NCBI GenBank assembly: GCA_017500745.1
Contig: JAFVYE010000044.1
Coordinates: forward strand, 1 to 32,046
Direction: 5' to 3'
DNA from: Clostridia bacterium
GTDB taxonomy: Bacteria; Bacillota; Clostridia; Christensenellales; CAG-917
DNA: 32,046 bases
Part shown: piece by piece, positions 17,443-26,783 of the stretch
How positions within the stretch are numbered: the stretch's first letter is position 1
How the letters are laid out: every line of letters begins with the position of its first letter
Made by a program: the position numbers and the translations under genes
The notes under the pieces: model-generated
Seen by the model: only the letters and a program-made list of their open reading frames with translations
Databases searched by the model: none
What the model was told of the DNA's origin: nothing

Positions 17443-19221
17443 ATGCAAGTTAAACAAAGAAATGAAATTGACAGCAAGTTCAAGTGGCATCTTGAGGACA
17501 TCTTTGAAAGCAACGATGCTTGGGAAGAAGCATTTTTTGCCACAGAAGAACTCATCCCTCAAATCGCCAAATATAACGGTCAACTGACCACCAACGACAA
17601 CATCTTTGATTGTCTTATACTCACCACCAGAATTGGTCATGAGCTTTCTCGCCTCTATCAATACGCAAGAATGCGTCGTGATGAGGACTCTCGTGAAACA
17701 GTGTATCAAGGCATGACAGACAGAGCAGAAATGCTCCTTGTCAAGTTCAGTTCACTTTCATCATTCATTTCACCCGAGCTCACCGCACTCCCCATTGAAA
17801 AGCTTGAGGAGCTCCGTGACAGCAAAAAGTTCAGCGACTATTCAGTCACTTTTGAGGAGCTCATCCGTGACAGAAACATAACCCTCTCAAAGAAGGAAGA
17901 AAAGCTCCTCAGTGAAATGCGCTTGTTCAGCGGAAACGCACAAGAAGTGTTCACCATGTTTGACAACGCAGACGTCAAGTTCCAACCCATTGAAAATGAA
18001 AGTGGCGACAAAATTGAAATGAGTCACGGCGTCTATTCAATGATGATGCAAAACCCCAATCAAGAGATGCGCAAGAAGGCCTTTGAAAGCATGTTCAACG
18101 CCTACAAAGATTACATCAACACCCTTGCAGTCAACTATGGTGGCAACGTCAAAAAGAATTGGTTTTATGCCAAAGTGAGAGGATTCAACACCGCTCTTGA
18201 CTACTCAATGTACAATGAAAACGTGCCCGCAACTTGCTATAAGCAACTTCTTGCAGCGGTGGACAAGGGCACGGCACCTCTCCACAGATATATTGCACTC
18301 AGAAAGAAGCTTCTTGGCATTGACCTCAACATGTATGACCTTCACGTGCCCATCATCAAGGAGCAAAACCTTGCACTCCCTTACGGCGAGGCAGTTGAAA
18401 CAGTCAAGGAAGCATTGAAGGTTATGGGCAAGGAGTACAGTGACATATTGGCATCAGCATTCAACGACGGCTGGGTTGACGTGTATGAAAACAAGGGCAA
18501 GAGAAGTGGTGCATACAGCTGGGGATGCTACGGTGTCCACCCCTTTGTGCTCCTCAACTATCACGAAACCACCCACGACATCTTTACAATCGCTCACGAA
18601 ATGGGCCACGCACTCCACTCATATTATTCCAACGCAAACCAATGCGAAGAGAAGGCGGGCTACAAGATTTTTGTGGCAGAGATTGCATCAACAGTCAATG
18701 AAGTGCTTCTCCTCAAACATCTCTTAAAGACGGCAACAGGCGAGTTTAGAAAGTATCTCCTTTCATACTATCTTGACATGTTCCGCACAACTTTGTTCCG
18801 TCAAACAATGTTCTCCGAGTTTGAAGTGGCAGCACACACAATGGTTGAAAACGGCGTGCCCGTCACGGCAGACGCCCTTTCAAACGCCTATTATGAACTC
18901 AACAAAAAGTATTATGGCGATGCAGTCAACCACAACGATCTCATCCGTTACGAGTGGGCACGCATCCCTCACTTCTACAGAAGCTATTACGTCTACAAGT
19001 ACGCCACAGGCATAACAACCGCTGTCACCATTGCAGACAACATCTTGACCTACGGCGAGGAGTACTTTGCAAAATATCGCAAATTCCTCAGCGCAGGCGG
19101 ATCACTTGCACCTCTTGACATCATCCGTCTTGCAGACGTGGATCTTGAAACCTCCGCCCCTTACGAGAAGGCGATGAGCGAATTTGACAAAACCCTCAAG
19201 GAACTTGAATCACTTGTCTAA
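17443..19221 (+). CDS. pepF: Oligoendopeptidase F (M3B metallopeptidase)
   Basis: Zinc motif HEMGHALH and the typical PepF N-terminus (KWHLEDIFESNDAWE) are present. GAGG lies upstream of the ATG at 17443. Confidence 0.9.
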   Translation: MQVKQRNEIDSKFKWHLEDIFESNDAWEEAFFATEELIPQIAKYNGQLTTNDNIFDCLILTTRIGHELSRLYQYARMRRDEDSRETVYQGMTDRAEMLLVKFSSLSSFISPELTALPIEKLEELRDSKKFSDYSVTFEELIRDRNITLSKKEEKLLSEMRLFSGNAQEVFTMFDNADVKFQPIENESGDKIEMSHGVYSMMMQNPNQEMRKKAFESMFNAYKDYINTLAVNYGGNVKKNWFYAKVRGFNTALDYSMYNENVPATCYKQLLAAVDKGTAPLHRYIALRKKLLGIDLNMYDLHVPIIKEQNLALPYGEAVETVKEALKVMGKEYSDILASAFNDGWVDVYENKGKRSGAYSWGCYGVHPFVLLNYHETTHDIFTIAHEMGHALHSYYSNANQCEEKAGYKIFVAEIASTVNEVLLLKHLLKTATGEFRKYLLSYYLDMFRTTLFRQTMFSEFEVAAHTMVENGVPVTADALSNAYYELNKKYYGDAVNHNDLIRYEWARIPHFYRSYYVYKYATGITTAVTIADNILTYGEEYFAKYRKFLSAGGSLAPLDIIRLADVDLETSAPYEKAMSEFDKTLKELESLV

Positions 19222-19792
19222 AACGTTGATTTTGATAATATTGCTGGCGCTGACGTTCACTCTTGTGGCATGCAATGAAGTTGAGCCCAGCAACAGCACC
19301 TATGGTGTATATTTGAAGTCCGCCAGCGTAGAGGACGGAGTGTGCACCGTGCGCCTTTCAAGGAGCGCAAAGGGTGACTCCCTTGGGGAGTCGCAGATTG
19401 TGGTTGAAGGAGAGGAGGACCACTTTTTCACCCACTACGTTTACAGCGTAACCTTTGACGGCGAAGCAATATTTTGTGCCGTGGAGCAACTCCTCACCCA
19501 AGATGGCACAATCTTGGACGGAGCAGAATATTCCACTTTGAAAATAGTCTATGACTATGATACAATCTACAAATCAATAAAAAGCGATGGTGTACACACC
19601 AAGTCGGGCAGGACCAACACCCATTCATTTGAGGTGTCAAAGGGGGATTTTGAGGTGCATCTCAACAGGCAAACTCCCCGTCAATCAACCTGGTACGCCG
19701 TGCTAATAGGCGGGGCTGTGGCAACCGTTGTTGCATTCAGCATAGCCCACTTGGTCAGAGGAAAATATGGCAGAAAAACCCAAGAAAACTGA
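19214..19792 (+). CDS. Hypothetical lipoprotein with an additional C-terminal TM anchor
   Basis: Lipobox LALTFTLVAC and the C-terminal helix WYAVLIGGAVATVVAFSIAHLV are present. There is no in-frame ATG; candidate TTG starts are at 19184, 19205 and 19214. AAGGA at 19198-19202 favours 19214. The gene overlaps pepF at its 5' end and dnaB at its 3' end. Confidence 0.6.
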   Translation: MSKTLILIILLALTFTLVACNEVEPSNSTYGVYLKSASVEDGVCTVRLSRSAKGDSLGESQIVVEGEEDHFFTHYVYSVTFDGEAIFCAVEQLLTQDGTILDGAEYSTLKIVYDYDTIYKSIKSDGVHTKSGRTNTHSFEVSKGDFEVHLNRQTPRQSTWYAVLIGGAVATVVAFSIAHLVRGKYGRKTQEN

Positions 19793-21308
19793 AAGAAAAA
19801 ACCTGCGCGCAATGCCCAACAACGTTGAGGCGGAACAAAACGTCCTTGGAGCACTTCTCATTGACGACAAAATGGCAGATGAAATTATGCCCGTGCTCCA
19901 TGAAGATGACTTTTTTGTGAGCCAAAACCGCATAATCTACTCTGCAATGCGTGAGCTCAACGAGCAATCCAAGCCCATTGACACCGTGTCTGTTGCAGAC
20001 AAACTTGAAGTTCAAGGCAAACTTGACGAGGTTGGAAGCATAGATTATCTCAACTCTCTTGCAATGGGAGTTGTCAGTTCTGCAAACGCCAAATACTATG
20101 CAGAAATCATCAAGCGTGACTCTTTGACAAGACAAGTTATCGGCGCAGGCAACGACATCTTGGAATTTGCCTATTCCTGTGAGGATGGAGCAGATGCTCT
20201 TGGCAGAGCAGAGCAACTCATCTTCAAGATTGGCGAGGACAAGGGGGACAAAGGCCTCGTCAAAGCAGACGATGCTCTCACTCAAGCATTCAAAAACATC
20301 TCTGACGCTCAATCAGGCAACACCCCCACAAACTTGATTTTTACTGGTTTCACCGCCCTTGACAGAAAGACAAAGGGCTTGAAGCCGGGCAACTTTGTCA
20401 TCCTTGCAGCCCGTCCCGGTGTTGGCAAAACCGCCCTTGCACTCAACATTGCCGTCAACTGTCTTTTGAAGGACAAGACCGTTGCCGTGTTCAATATGGA
20501 AATGACAGGTCCCGAACTTGTCAAACGTATGCTTGCATATCTTTCTGGCGTCACTTTTGAAGAAATGGACGTGAGAGGACAACTCAGCGATGACGCAGTT
20601 GCCAAAATCTACAAGGCATACACAACACTCCTTTCAAAGAAGTTGTTCATTGACGACTATTCAATGAACCGCCCCTCCGACATCCTGTCAAAGTGTCGCA
20701 GACTCAAGCGTGAACAAGGCCTTGATCTTGTCATCGTTGACTACTTGCAACTTATGGAAGCAGACTCAAAGGGCAGAGCATCCGAGTCAAGACAAAATGA
20801 CGTCAGCACGATGTCACGTCAGCTCAAGGTGTTTGCCAAGGAACTTGGCGTGCCCATCCTTGCATTGTCACAAATGTCTCGTGGTGCAGAAAAGGAGGGC
20901 AGAGTGCCTCAACTCAGCGACCTTCGTGACTCAGGCGCAATTGAACAAGACGCCGACATGGTCATGTTCCTTCACGATCCCAGCAAGGTTGATGAAAACT
21001 TGCCCAAAGATGAAATCTTGCTCCTCATCCGCAAGAATAGAAGTGGCTCTATTGGCGAAATCAAGCTTCATTGGGAGGGCAACACAACCACCTTCCGTGA
21101 GATTGATGATGCAGGGGCAGTCAGAGAGTTTGACACTCCCGTTGTCAAGGCCGAGCCCACCACACTCACAGAGGTTGAGGACACAGGCAGTCCAATGCCT
21201 TTCCAAGAGCTTGCAGGGGACTTCAATGAAGTGCTCACCACAGAGGTTTTGCCCTTTGATGATGACGACATGGAATACGTTGACGAAGGAGACGAACTTC
21301 CTTTTTAA
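19767..21308 (+). CDS. dnaB: Replicative DNA helicase (DnaB family) with an acidic C-terminal extension
   Basis: N-terminal motif PNNVEAEQNVLGALL, Walker A ARPGVGKT, Walker B LVIVDYLQLM, and SQMSR/LRDSGAIEQDAD are present. AGAGGA lies upstream of the ATG. Confidence 0.93.
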   Translation: MAEKPKKTERKNLRAMPNNVEAEQNVLGALLIDDKMADEIMPVLHEDDFFVSQNRIIYSAMRELNEQSKPIDTVSVADKLEVQGKLDEVGSIDYLNSLAMGVVSSANAKYYAEIIKRDSLTRQVIGAGNDILEFAYSCEDGADALGRAEQLIFKIGEDKGDKGLVKADDALTQAFKNISDAQSGNTPTNLIFTGFTALDRKTKGLKPGNFVILAARPGVGKTALALNIAVNCLLKDKTVAVFNMEMTGPELVKRMLAYLSGVTFEEMDVRGQLSDDAVAKIYKAYTTLLSKKLFIDDYSMNRPSDILSKCRRLKREQGLDLVIVDYLQLMEADSKGRASESRQNDVSTMSRQLKVFAKELGVPILALSQMSRGAEKEGRVPQLSDLRDSGAIEQDADMVMFLHDPSKVDENLPKDEILLLIRKNRSGSIGEIKLHWEGNTTTFREIDDAGAVREFDTPVVKAEPTTLTEVEDTGSPMPFQELAGDFNEVLTTEVLPFDDDDMEYVDEGDELPF

Positions 21309-21320
21309 TCAAACCAAACA

Positions 21321-21359
21321 AAAAAACAGGACACAACGCAACGTTGTGTCTTTTTTTTT
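21321..21359 (+). terminator. Intrinsic terminator after dnaB
   Basis: Stem GACACAACG (21330-21338) pairs with CGTTGTGTC (21342-21350), followed by nine T residues. Confidence 0.9.
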
Positions 21360-21392
21360 CATAGAGATTGACGCATATTCATATATATAAAT

Positions 21393-21641
21393 ATGTTTGT
21401 AGATGAAGTAAAAACCAAGCTTGGCATAGAGGATATTTGTGGCTTTTCGGTGACAATATTTGAGGACAAACACGTTGTGATTGAGGGGATAAAAAAGCTT
21501 GTTTTCAAGGGAGAAGAAGAGGTCAAATTCCGCAGTAAAAACAAAGGGATTTCTGTGAGGGGAAAGGGGCTCAAACTGAAAGAATTGGGCAATGGAAACG
21601 CCATTGTTTCTGGCATTGTTTTGGGGGTGGATTATGATTGA
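21393..21641 (+). CDS. yqfC: Sporulation protein YqfC (YabP/YqfC family)
   Basis: It is about 80 aa with the pattern ...VVIEGIKKLVFKGEEEVKFRSKNKGISVRGKGLKLKEL...IVSG. It sits immediately upstream of yqfD-phoH, as in B. subtilis. Confidence 0.75.
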   Translation: MFVDEVKTKLGIEDICGFSVTIFEDKHVVIEGIKKLVFKGEEEVKFRSKNKGISVRGKGLKLKELGNGNAIVSGIVLGVDYD

Positions 21642-22905
21642 AAACAAGTATTCTAACCTGCTGAAATTGAAAAAATCAAAGGCAAAATCTGCGCCAAGAA
21701 ACAGCGCAAATTACCTTGACAAAAGGGCAAGCTTTTTCACAAAAAATCACGCTGTGTCGGTTGATGAAAACCTGCGCCCATCCCCCAATTTTGATCCCAG
21801 AGATGAAAGCCGTCAAAAAAGAGATGTTCTTGACTCCTTGACGTCACGTTTTGGCACAGACCAATATAGAGTTGAAGGGGGCAATAGGAGTGCTCTAATC
21901 AATGGTCTTATGAGTGTGACGACAGTCAAAAATCTGCACTATGATGAGGGCTCTTTGGGCTTTTTTGCTCCCCGAAAACATCGTGCCGAAATTATTGCAT
22001 TAATAAATACTTTATGTTATAATCACACTATAGTTGGCACAAGGAGCATCCCTGCCTCTCTGATTTCCGTCCTAAAAAGGACGGGGTTGGTTGTAGGGTT
22101 GTTTTGTGCTGTATGCGTTTTTTGTCTGTACAACAGCTTTGTTTGGAGTGTTCAAACAGAGGGTGTGGGCGATGGCGCAATGGACGTGCTTTCACGCCAC
22201 GGCGTGAGAGTTGGAGGGCGCTCCATTGACATTGACGCAGTTGAGAGAGATTTGCTCTCTCTTGACGGAGTTGCCTTTGCGTCCGTAGAGAAGCGTGGCA
22301 CGCGCGTGTACGTCCGTGTTGTGAGCGAGCTTGCACCTGACGCCTACGTGGACGTGGGCGCAGGCCCGGTGACTGCTTCTTTTGACGCAGTTGTCACAAG
22401 AGTGATTGTGTTTTCTGGCACTGCGGAAGTCAAGGTTGGGGATGTTGTCCAAAAAGGACAAACTCTCATTGGAGAATATCATCTCAAAGGGGAGGACAAA
22501 ATTCCAGCGGTGGCCTCTGGCCAAGTCTATGGCGAGAGGGTTGTCACGGTGGAGAGGTTTTTCCCCGACAAGTATATGGGGTACAGTGGAGAGCAACAAA
22601 CCATCTCACGCATTAGCGTATTTGGCAATGCAAAGCCCCCAAAGCCACCCTATGAGCACTATGCTGTGAAGGTGTCACACTCAAAAAACAACTTTTTCAT
22701 CCCCTACGAGTTGACCAGCTGGACTTTTTTTGAAGTGACCTTGCTTGCCAACAATCTTGATGACAAAGGGATGATTGACCGTGCCTATGGCGAGGTCATT
22801 GCAAACAACAATTTTGAAAAGGTGATTTCAACCCACTCATCTGTTGAGAGGGTGGAGGGAGGCCACCTTGTCACAATCCAACTGACAGTGGAGGAAAAAC
22901 TGTAA
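21634..22905 (+). CDS. yqfD: Sporulation protein YqfD (putative stage IV sporulation protein)
   Basis: There is a central TM helix (GLVVGLFCAVCVFCLYNSFVW) followed by the YqfD-like region (VKVGDVVQKGQTLIGEY...ASGQVYGE). Synteny supports the call. The ATG at 21634 overlaps the yqfC stop by 8 nt. The N-terminal 75 aa or so is hydrophilic and not obviously conserved. Confidence 0.75.
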   Translation: MIENKYSNLLKLKKSKAKSAPRNSANYLDKRASFFTKNHAVSVDENLRPSPNFDPRDESRQKRDVLDSLTSRFGTDQYRVEGGNRSALINGLMSVTTVKNLHYDEGSLGFFAPRKHRAEIIALINTLCYNHTIVGTRSIPASLISVLKRTGLVVGLFCAVCVFCLYNSFVWSVQTEGVGDGAMDVLSRHGVRVGGRSIDIDAVERDLLSLDGVAFASVEKRGTRVYVRVVSELAPDAYVDVGAGPVTASFDAVVTRVIVFSGTAEVKVGDVVQKGQTLIGEYHLKGEDKIPAVASGQVYGERVVTVERFFPDKYMGYSGEQQTISRISVFGNAKPPKPPYEHYAVKVSHSKNNFFIPYELTSWTFFEVTLLANNLDDKGMIDRAYGEVIANNNFEKVISTHSSVERVEGGHLVTIQLTVEEKL

Positions 22906-23892
22906 GTGAAAATTTCAAGAGACAGACATTTTGACGACTACGACACTTTGGTCACCATATTTGGGGAGTTGGACGGCAACTTGAGCAGAATTGAGGAGGC
23001 CTTTGACGTCAAAATTTTTGCAGGCAGTTCTGTGATGAAAATCACCGGAGAGGAAAAGGACGTATATGACGCCATCTCCGCCATTGACGCCATTGAAACC
23101 TTGTCAAAAAGAGAAACCTTGACAAAGCAACAGATCAACATGATCTGCGACAGCGTCAAGAGTGGACACGTTGCATCTCTTGGGGATCTTTTGGGCACGG
23201 TGGCAATCACAGCAAAGGGCAAGGTCATTCGCCCCAAATCCTTGGGACAAAAGGAGTATGTTGACGCCATACGCAAAAACAAAATTGTTTTTGGCATAGG
23301 TCCTGCGGGCACGGGCAAAACCTATCTTGCCGTTGCCCTTGCAGTCAGCGCCTTGAAAAGCCATGACGTTGAAAGGATAATCCTCACACGTCCTGCCGTT
23401 GAAGCGGGAGAAAAGCTTGGTTTCCTTCCCGGCGATTTGGCAGAAAAGGTAGACCCTTATCTTCGCCCCATATACGATGCACTTCAAGACACAATGGGCG
23501 GGGACAGCTACATCAAGGCCATTGAGCGTGGAAGCATTGAGATTGCTCCTCTTGCCTACATGCGTGGTCGCACGTTGTCAAACAGCTTCATCATCCTTGA
23601 CGAAGCACAAAACACCACACGTGAACAAATGAAGATGTTTCTCACCCGCATGGGCGAGGGCAGTAAGATTGTTGTCACAGGTGACGTGACTCAGATTGAC
23701 CTCCCTCATCACGTAACCAGCGGAATGAAGGACGCAGTCAAAGTGCTTGAAGGCATCCAAGACATTGCCTTCATCCGCCTTGATCATCGTGACGTTGTAA
23801 GGCACGAGCTTGTGTCTCGCATCATACGCGCGTACGAGCAGGCGGACAAGGAGCGCGAGGACAACAAAACAAATGAGAAAACTGACAAATAG
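22906..23892 (+). CDS. phoH: PhoH-family ATPase (PhoH-like protein, YlaK/PhoH type)
   Basis: Walker A GPAGTGKTYLAV, DEAQN, and the GDVTQIDLP motif are present. The GTG start comes directly after the yqfD stop. Confidence 0.92.
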   Translation: MKISRDRHFDDYDTLVTIFGELDGNLSRIEEAFDVKIFAGSSVMKITGEEKDVYDAISAIDAIETLSKRETLTKQQINMICDSVKSGHVASLGDLLGTVAITAKGKVIRPKSLGQKEYVDAIRKNKIVFGIGPAGTGKTYLAVALAVSALKSHDVERIILTRPAVEAGEKLGFLPGDLAEKVDPYLRPIYDALQDTMGGDSYIKAIERGSIEIAPLAYMRGRTLSNSFIILDEAQNTTREQMKMFLTRMGEGSKIVVTGDVTQIDLPHHVTSGMKDAVKVLEGIQDIAFIRLDHRDVVRHELVSRIIRAYEQADKEREDNKTNEKTDK

Positions 23893-23916
23893 CTTTGCTA
23901 TTCAAGAGAGATAATT

Positions 23917-25389
23917 ATGATTGACGACATCAAAGATTTAAGTTTGATTCAAAAACAAAAGAAACTGAAGCGCAGAAGTCTTTCTTCTGCATTTTGGAAA
24001 ACCTTTCCTCTGGCATTTGTTGCATCAGTGGGCATGAGTCTTTTTGGCATCATGATAACAGGGGAGTTTCTTGAGGCGTTTACCATTGCAAGAGCATTTG
24101 AAACGGCGGGCAGAATTGCCACCTCTGTGTTCATCATGATTGCAATGTTCTTTTCAGTGCACAGCTTTGCTCATGAGGAGAAATTTCTTGTGCGCAACTT
24201 CACACTTGTCACCATAATTGTGGCAATGACCTATATGGCATGCATGGCAACGGTGTATTTCTTCAACGTTTACATCATGCCTATATCCCTTGTGTCGCTG
24301 ATTCTTTTGGTGCTGACCAACCGTAAGACAAGTCTTATTGCCACCTGCGGGACAGCCCTTTTCATCCTCATATCATTCATATCCCCCAACAAGCTTGAAA
24401 CCACGCTCAACATCTACGGCATCATTGCCTCAATAGTGTGCAACTTGGTGGCAGCAGTATGCGTCAACTCATTGGCGTCAAAGCACTACACAAGACTCAA
24501 GTTTTTGGTTATGAGTGCTGTGGCTGCTTTTGTGTCTGTGCCCCTTGTTGTCATCACAACTCTTGCAATTGGAGACGTGTCACTTAACATTGTCTACAAC
24601 CTTGCATGGTCTTATGGTGGAAACGTTGGAGCAGTGCTTCTTTCATTGCCCCTATGCGCAATCTTTGAAGGGATATTCAACATTGCAGACGACTTCAAGC
24701 TCAATGAGCTGACGGCCCTCTCACATCCTCTCCTCAAACGCCTTGCAAGTGAAGCACCCGGCACCTTCAACCACTCCCTTGTGGTTGGCAACTTGGCAGA
24801 GGCCTGTGCAGAAGCAATTGGAGAAAACCCCCACCTTGCAAGATGTGCCGCATATTATCATGACGTTGGCAAGCTCAAGGCCCCCGTTTATTTCTCCGAA
24901 AACCAATCCAACTACAACCCTCACGATGAGCTCATTCCCGAGGTCAGCGCCAGCATGATCACGTCACACACTCTCTTTGGAGAAATCCTTGCCAAAAAAT
25001 ATCGTTTGCCCAAGGAAATCATCAGCATTTGCAGAGAGCACCATGGCACAACTCCCGTTGGATATTTTTATCGCAAAGCACTTTCTCTCACAGAGGACGG
25101 CGATTTGCCCTCTGTTGACTACGTATATTCTGGCCCCAAACCTCAATCAAAGGTTGCTGCCATCATCATGATTGCAGACACCATTGAGGCAACTTGCAGA
25201 TCATTTATGCCTGACGTCAAAGAGGAGTTTGTGGCAATGGTTGATCGCCTCGTTGGCGAAAAGCTCAACCTTGGTCAATTTGACGAGTGCCCCATTACCC
25301 TTGACGACCTCAACAAAATCAAGGAGACAATCATTGACGTTCTGCCCAGCGTGCATCACAGCAGAGTGTCCTACGACAAGAGAAAATGA
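23917..25389 (+). CDS. 7TM-HD (HDIG) membrane phosphohydrolase, YqfF/PgpH-like, without the large N-terminal extracellular domain
   Basis: About seven hydrophobic helices are followed by an HD domain (HSLVVGNLAE, AYYHDVGK, EHHG, IIMIADTIEA). It occupies the yqfF position between phoH and ybeY. Confidence 0.85.
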   Translation: MIDDIKDLSLIQKQKKLKRRSLSSAFWKTFPLAFVASVGMSLFGIMITGEFLEAFTIARAFETAGRIATSVFIMIAMFFSVHSFAHEEKFLVRNFTLVTIIVAMTYMACMATVYFFNVYIMPISLVSLILLVLTNRKTSLIATCGTALFILISFISPNKLETTLNIYGIIASIVCNLVAAVCVNSLASKHYTRLKFLVMSAVAAFVSVPLVVITTLAIGDVSLNIVYNLAWSYGGNVGAVLLSLPLCAIFEGIFNIADDFKLNELTALSHPLLKRLASEAPGTFNHSLVVGNLAEACAEAIGENPHLARCAAYYHDVGKLKAPVYFSENQSNYNPHDELIPEVSASMITSHTLFGEILAKKYRLPKEIISICREHHGTTPVGYFYRKALSLTEDGDLPSVDYVYSGPKPQSKVAAIIMIADTIEATCRSFMPDVKEEFVAMVDRLVGEKLNLGQFDECPITLDDLNKIKETIIDVLPSVHHSRVSYDKRK

Positions 25390-25856
25390 CAAACTTCGCA
25401 GGAGCAAAGCTCAAGGAAAAATCCCTTATGAAAAGGGTGGAGAAGGCAGTCTTTGACAAGCTTGGTCAGCCCAACTTTTTCATCACAGACATTGCGGTGG
25501 TTGACGAGGACACAATCCGCCAGTACAACCGTGAAACTCGTGGGATTGATGCTGTGACTGACGTGCTCAGCTTCCCCTATTTTGACAAGCTTCATCTCCC
25601 CGTGTGCGAGGATGAGTTTTTGGACAGCGACAGAGTCAAGGGCAGAGTGTGTCTTGGAAGCATAATGATATGCAGAAAGCGTGCAGAGGAGCAGGCAAGA
25701 GAGTACGGCCACTCCATAGAAAGAGAAATGGGCTTTTTGACCTGCCACGGCTTTTTGCACATATTGGGCTTTGACCACGTGGTGCCCGAAGATGAAAAAG
25801 TGATGTTCCCTCTTCAAGAAGAAATCATGTCAAGCATTGGACTTGAACGAAAATAA
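25386..25856 (+). CDS. ybeY: rRNA maturation endoribonuclease YbeY
   Basis: The zinc-binding motif HGFLHILGFDH is present. The ATG overlaps the upstream stop (ATGA). Confidence 0.92.
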   Translation: MTNFAGAKLKEKSLMKRVEKAVFDKLGQPNFFITDIAVVDEDTIRQYNRETRGIDAVTDVLSFPYFDKLHLPVCEDEFLDSDRVKGRVCLGSIMICRKRAEEQAREYGHSIEREMGFLTCHGFLHILGFDHVVPEDEKVMFPLQEEIMSSIGLERK

Positions 25857-25874
25857 ACACAACGAACAAAAGAA

Positions 25875-26783
25875 ATGAAATCAGGATTTATTTGCATTAC
25901 GGGCCTTGCAAACGCAGGCAAATCAACTCTCATCAATTCACTTGTTGGCGAAAAGGTGGCCATAGTATCTTGGCGTCCTCAAACCACAAGAAACAAAATC
26001 CTCGGCATCGTCAATGGCGAAAAGGGCGGTGAGAACTTTCAAATGGTGTTCATTGACACACCGGGCATTCACAATGCAAAAAATCATCTTGGGGACTATA
26101 TGATGAAGTCCGTTGAGGTGGGGCTCAAAGACGTGGACGGCATACTCTACGTCATAGACGCAGGCAAGGGCATTCAAAGAGAGGACTATGAGTTCATTGA
26201 AAAACACGCAGATACCAAACCGCTCATAGTTGTCCTCAACAAAGAGGACGCTGTCACCAAAGTGACAATGCTTGACGCCATTCAAAAACTGACTGCATTC
26301 CCTCAAGTGAAGGCAGTTGTTCCTGCCAGCGCAAAGAAAGGCGAAAACCTTGAACCCATAATGGACGAGCTGTTTGCACTTCTCCCCGATGGCGTGCAAA
26401 TGTTCCCAGAAGAGATGTTCACAGACAGCAGTATGCGCTTTATGGCGGCGGAGACCATCCGTGAAAAAGCTCTCTATCTTCTTGACAAAGAGATTCCCTA
26501 CGGCATTGGCGTGTACATCAACAAGTTTGAAATGCGTGAAGACAAGCCCATCTATGAAATAGATGCAGACATCGTGGTTGAAAAGCAATCACACAAAGCC
26601 ATCGTCATTGGCAAGGGTGGCTCAACTCTCAAACAAATTGCCTCTGCTGCTCGCAAGGACCTTGAAGAGATGACGGGGGAAAGAGTTTTCCTCACACTCT
26701 ACGTCAAGGCAAAGCTCGATTGGCGCAACAGCGACTATCTCATGCGTGAGCTTGGCTACGACATCAAGGATTTGAAAAAGTAA
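25875..26783 (+). CDS. era: GTPase Era
   Basis: G1 motif GLANAGKSTLIN, G3 DTPG, G4 NKED, and the C-terminal KH domain (VIGKGGSTLKQI) are present. Confidence 0.95.
   Translation: MKSGFICITGLANAGKSTLINSLVGEKVAIVSWRPQTTRNKILGIVNGEKGGENFQMVFIDTPGIHNAKNHLGDYMMKSVEVGLKDVDGILYVIDAGKGIQREDYEFIEKHADTKPLIVVLNKEDAVTKVTMLDAIQKLTAFPQVKAVVPASAKKGENLEPIMDELFALLPDGVQMFPEEMFTDSSMRFMAAETIREKALYLLDKEIPYGIGVYINKFEMREDKPIYEIDADIVVEKQSHKAIVIGKGGSTLKQIASAARKDLEEMTGERVFLTLYVKAKLDWRNSDYLMRELGYDIKDLKK

Noticed and set aside
19767-21308. Whether the presence of dnaB and a gyrB/gyrA-like pair indicates proximity to oriC.
   Set aside because: I found no cluster of DnaA boxes (TTATCCACA / TGTGGATAA) in any intergenic region. 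There is no dnaA, dnaN or recF, and the only AT-rich spacers are ordinary divergent promoter regions.
20710-21390. A 226-aa plus-strand ORF in an alternative frame of dnaB that runs through the dnaB terminator.
   Set aside because: It is out of frame with a strongly supported gene, crosses an intrinsic terminator, has no RBS, and its translation is Ser/Cys/Arg-rich with no motif.
21361-21392. A possible sporulation sigma-E-type promoter upstream of yqfC. GCATATT at 21370-21376 resembles the sigma-E -35 consensus.
   Set aside because: No CATACA-like -10 lies at the required distance; it would fall inside the coding sequence. The TTGACG at 21367-21372 is only 19 nt from the ATG, too close for a standard -10. 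I cannot support any specific promoter call here.
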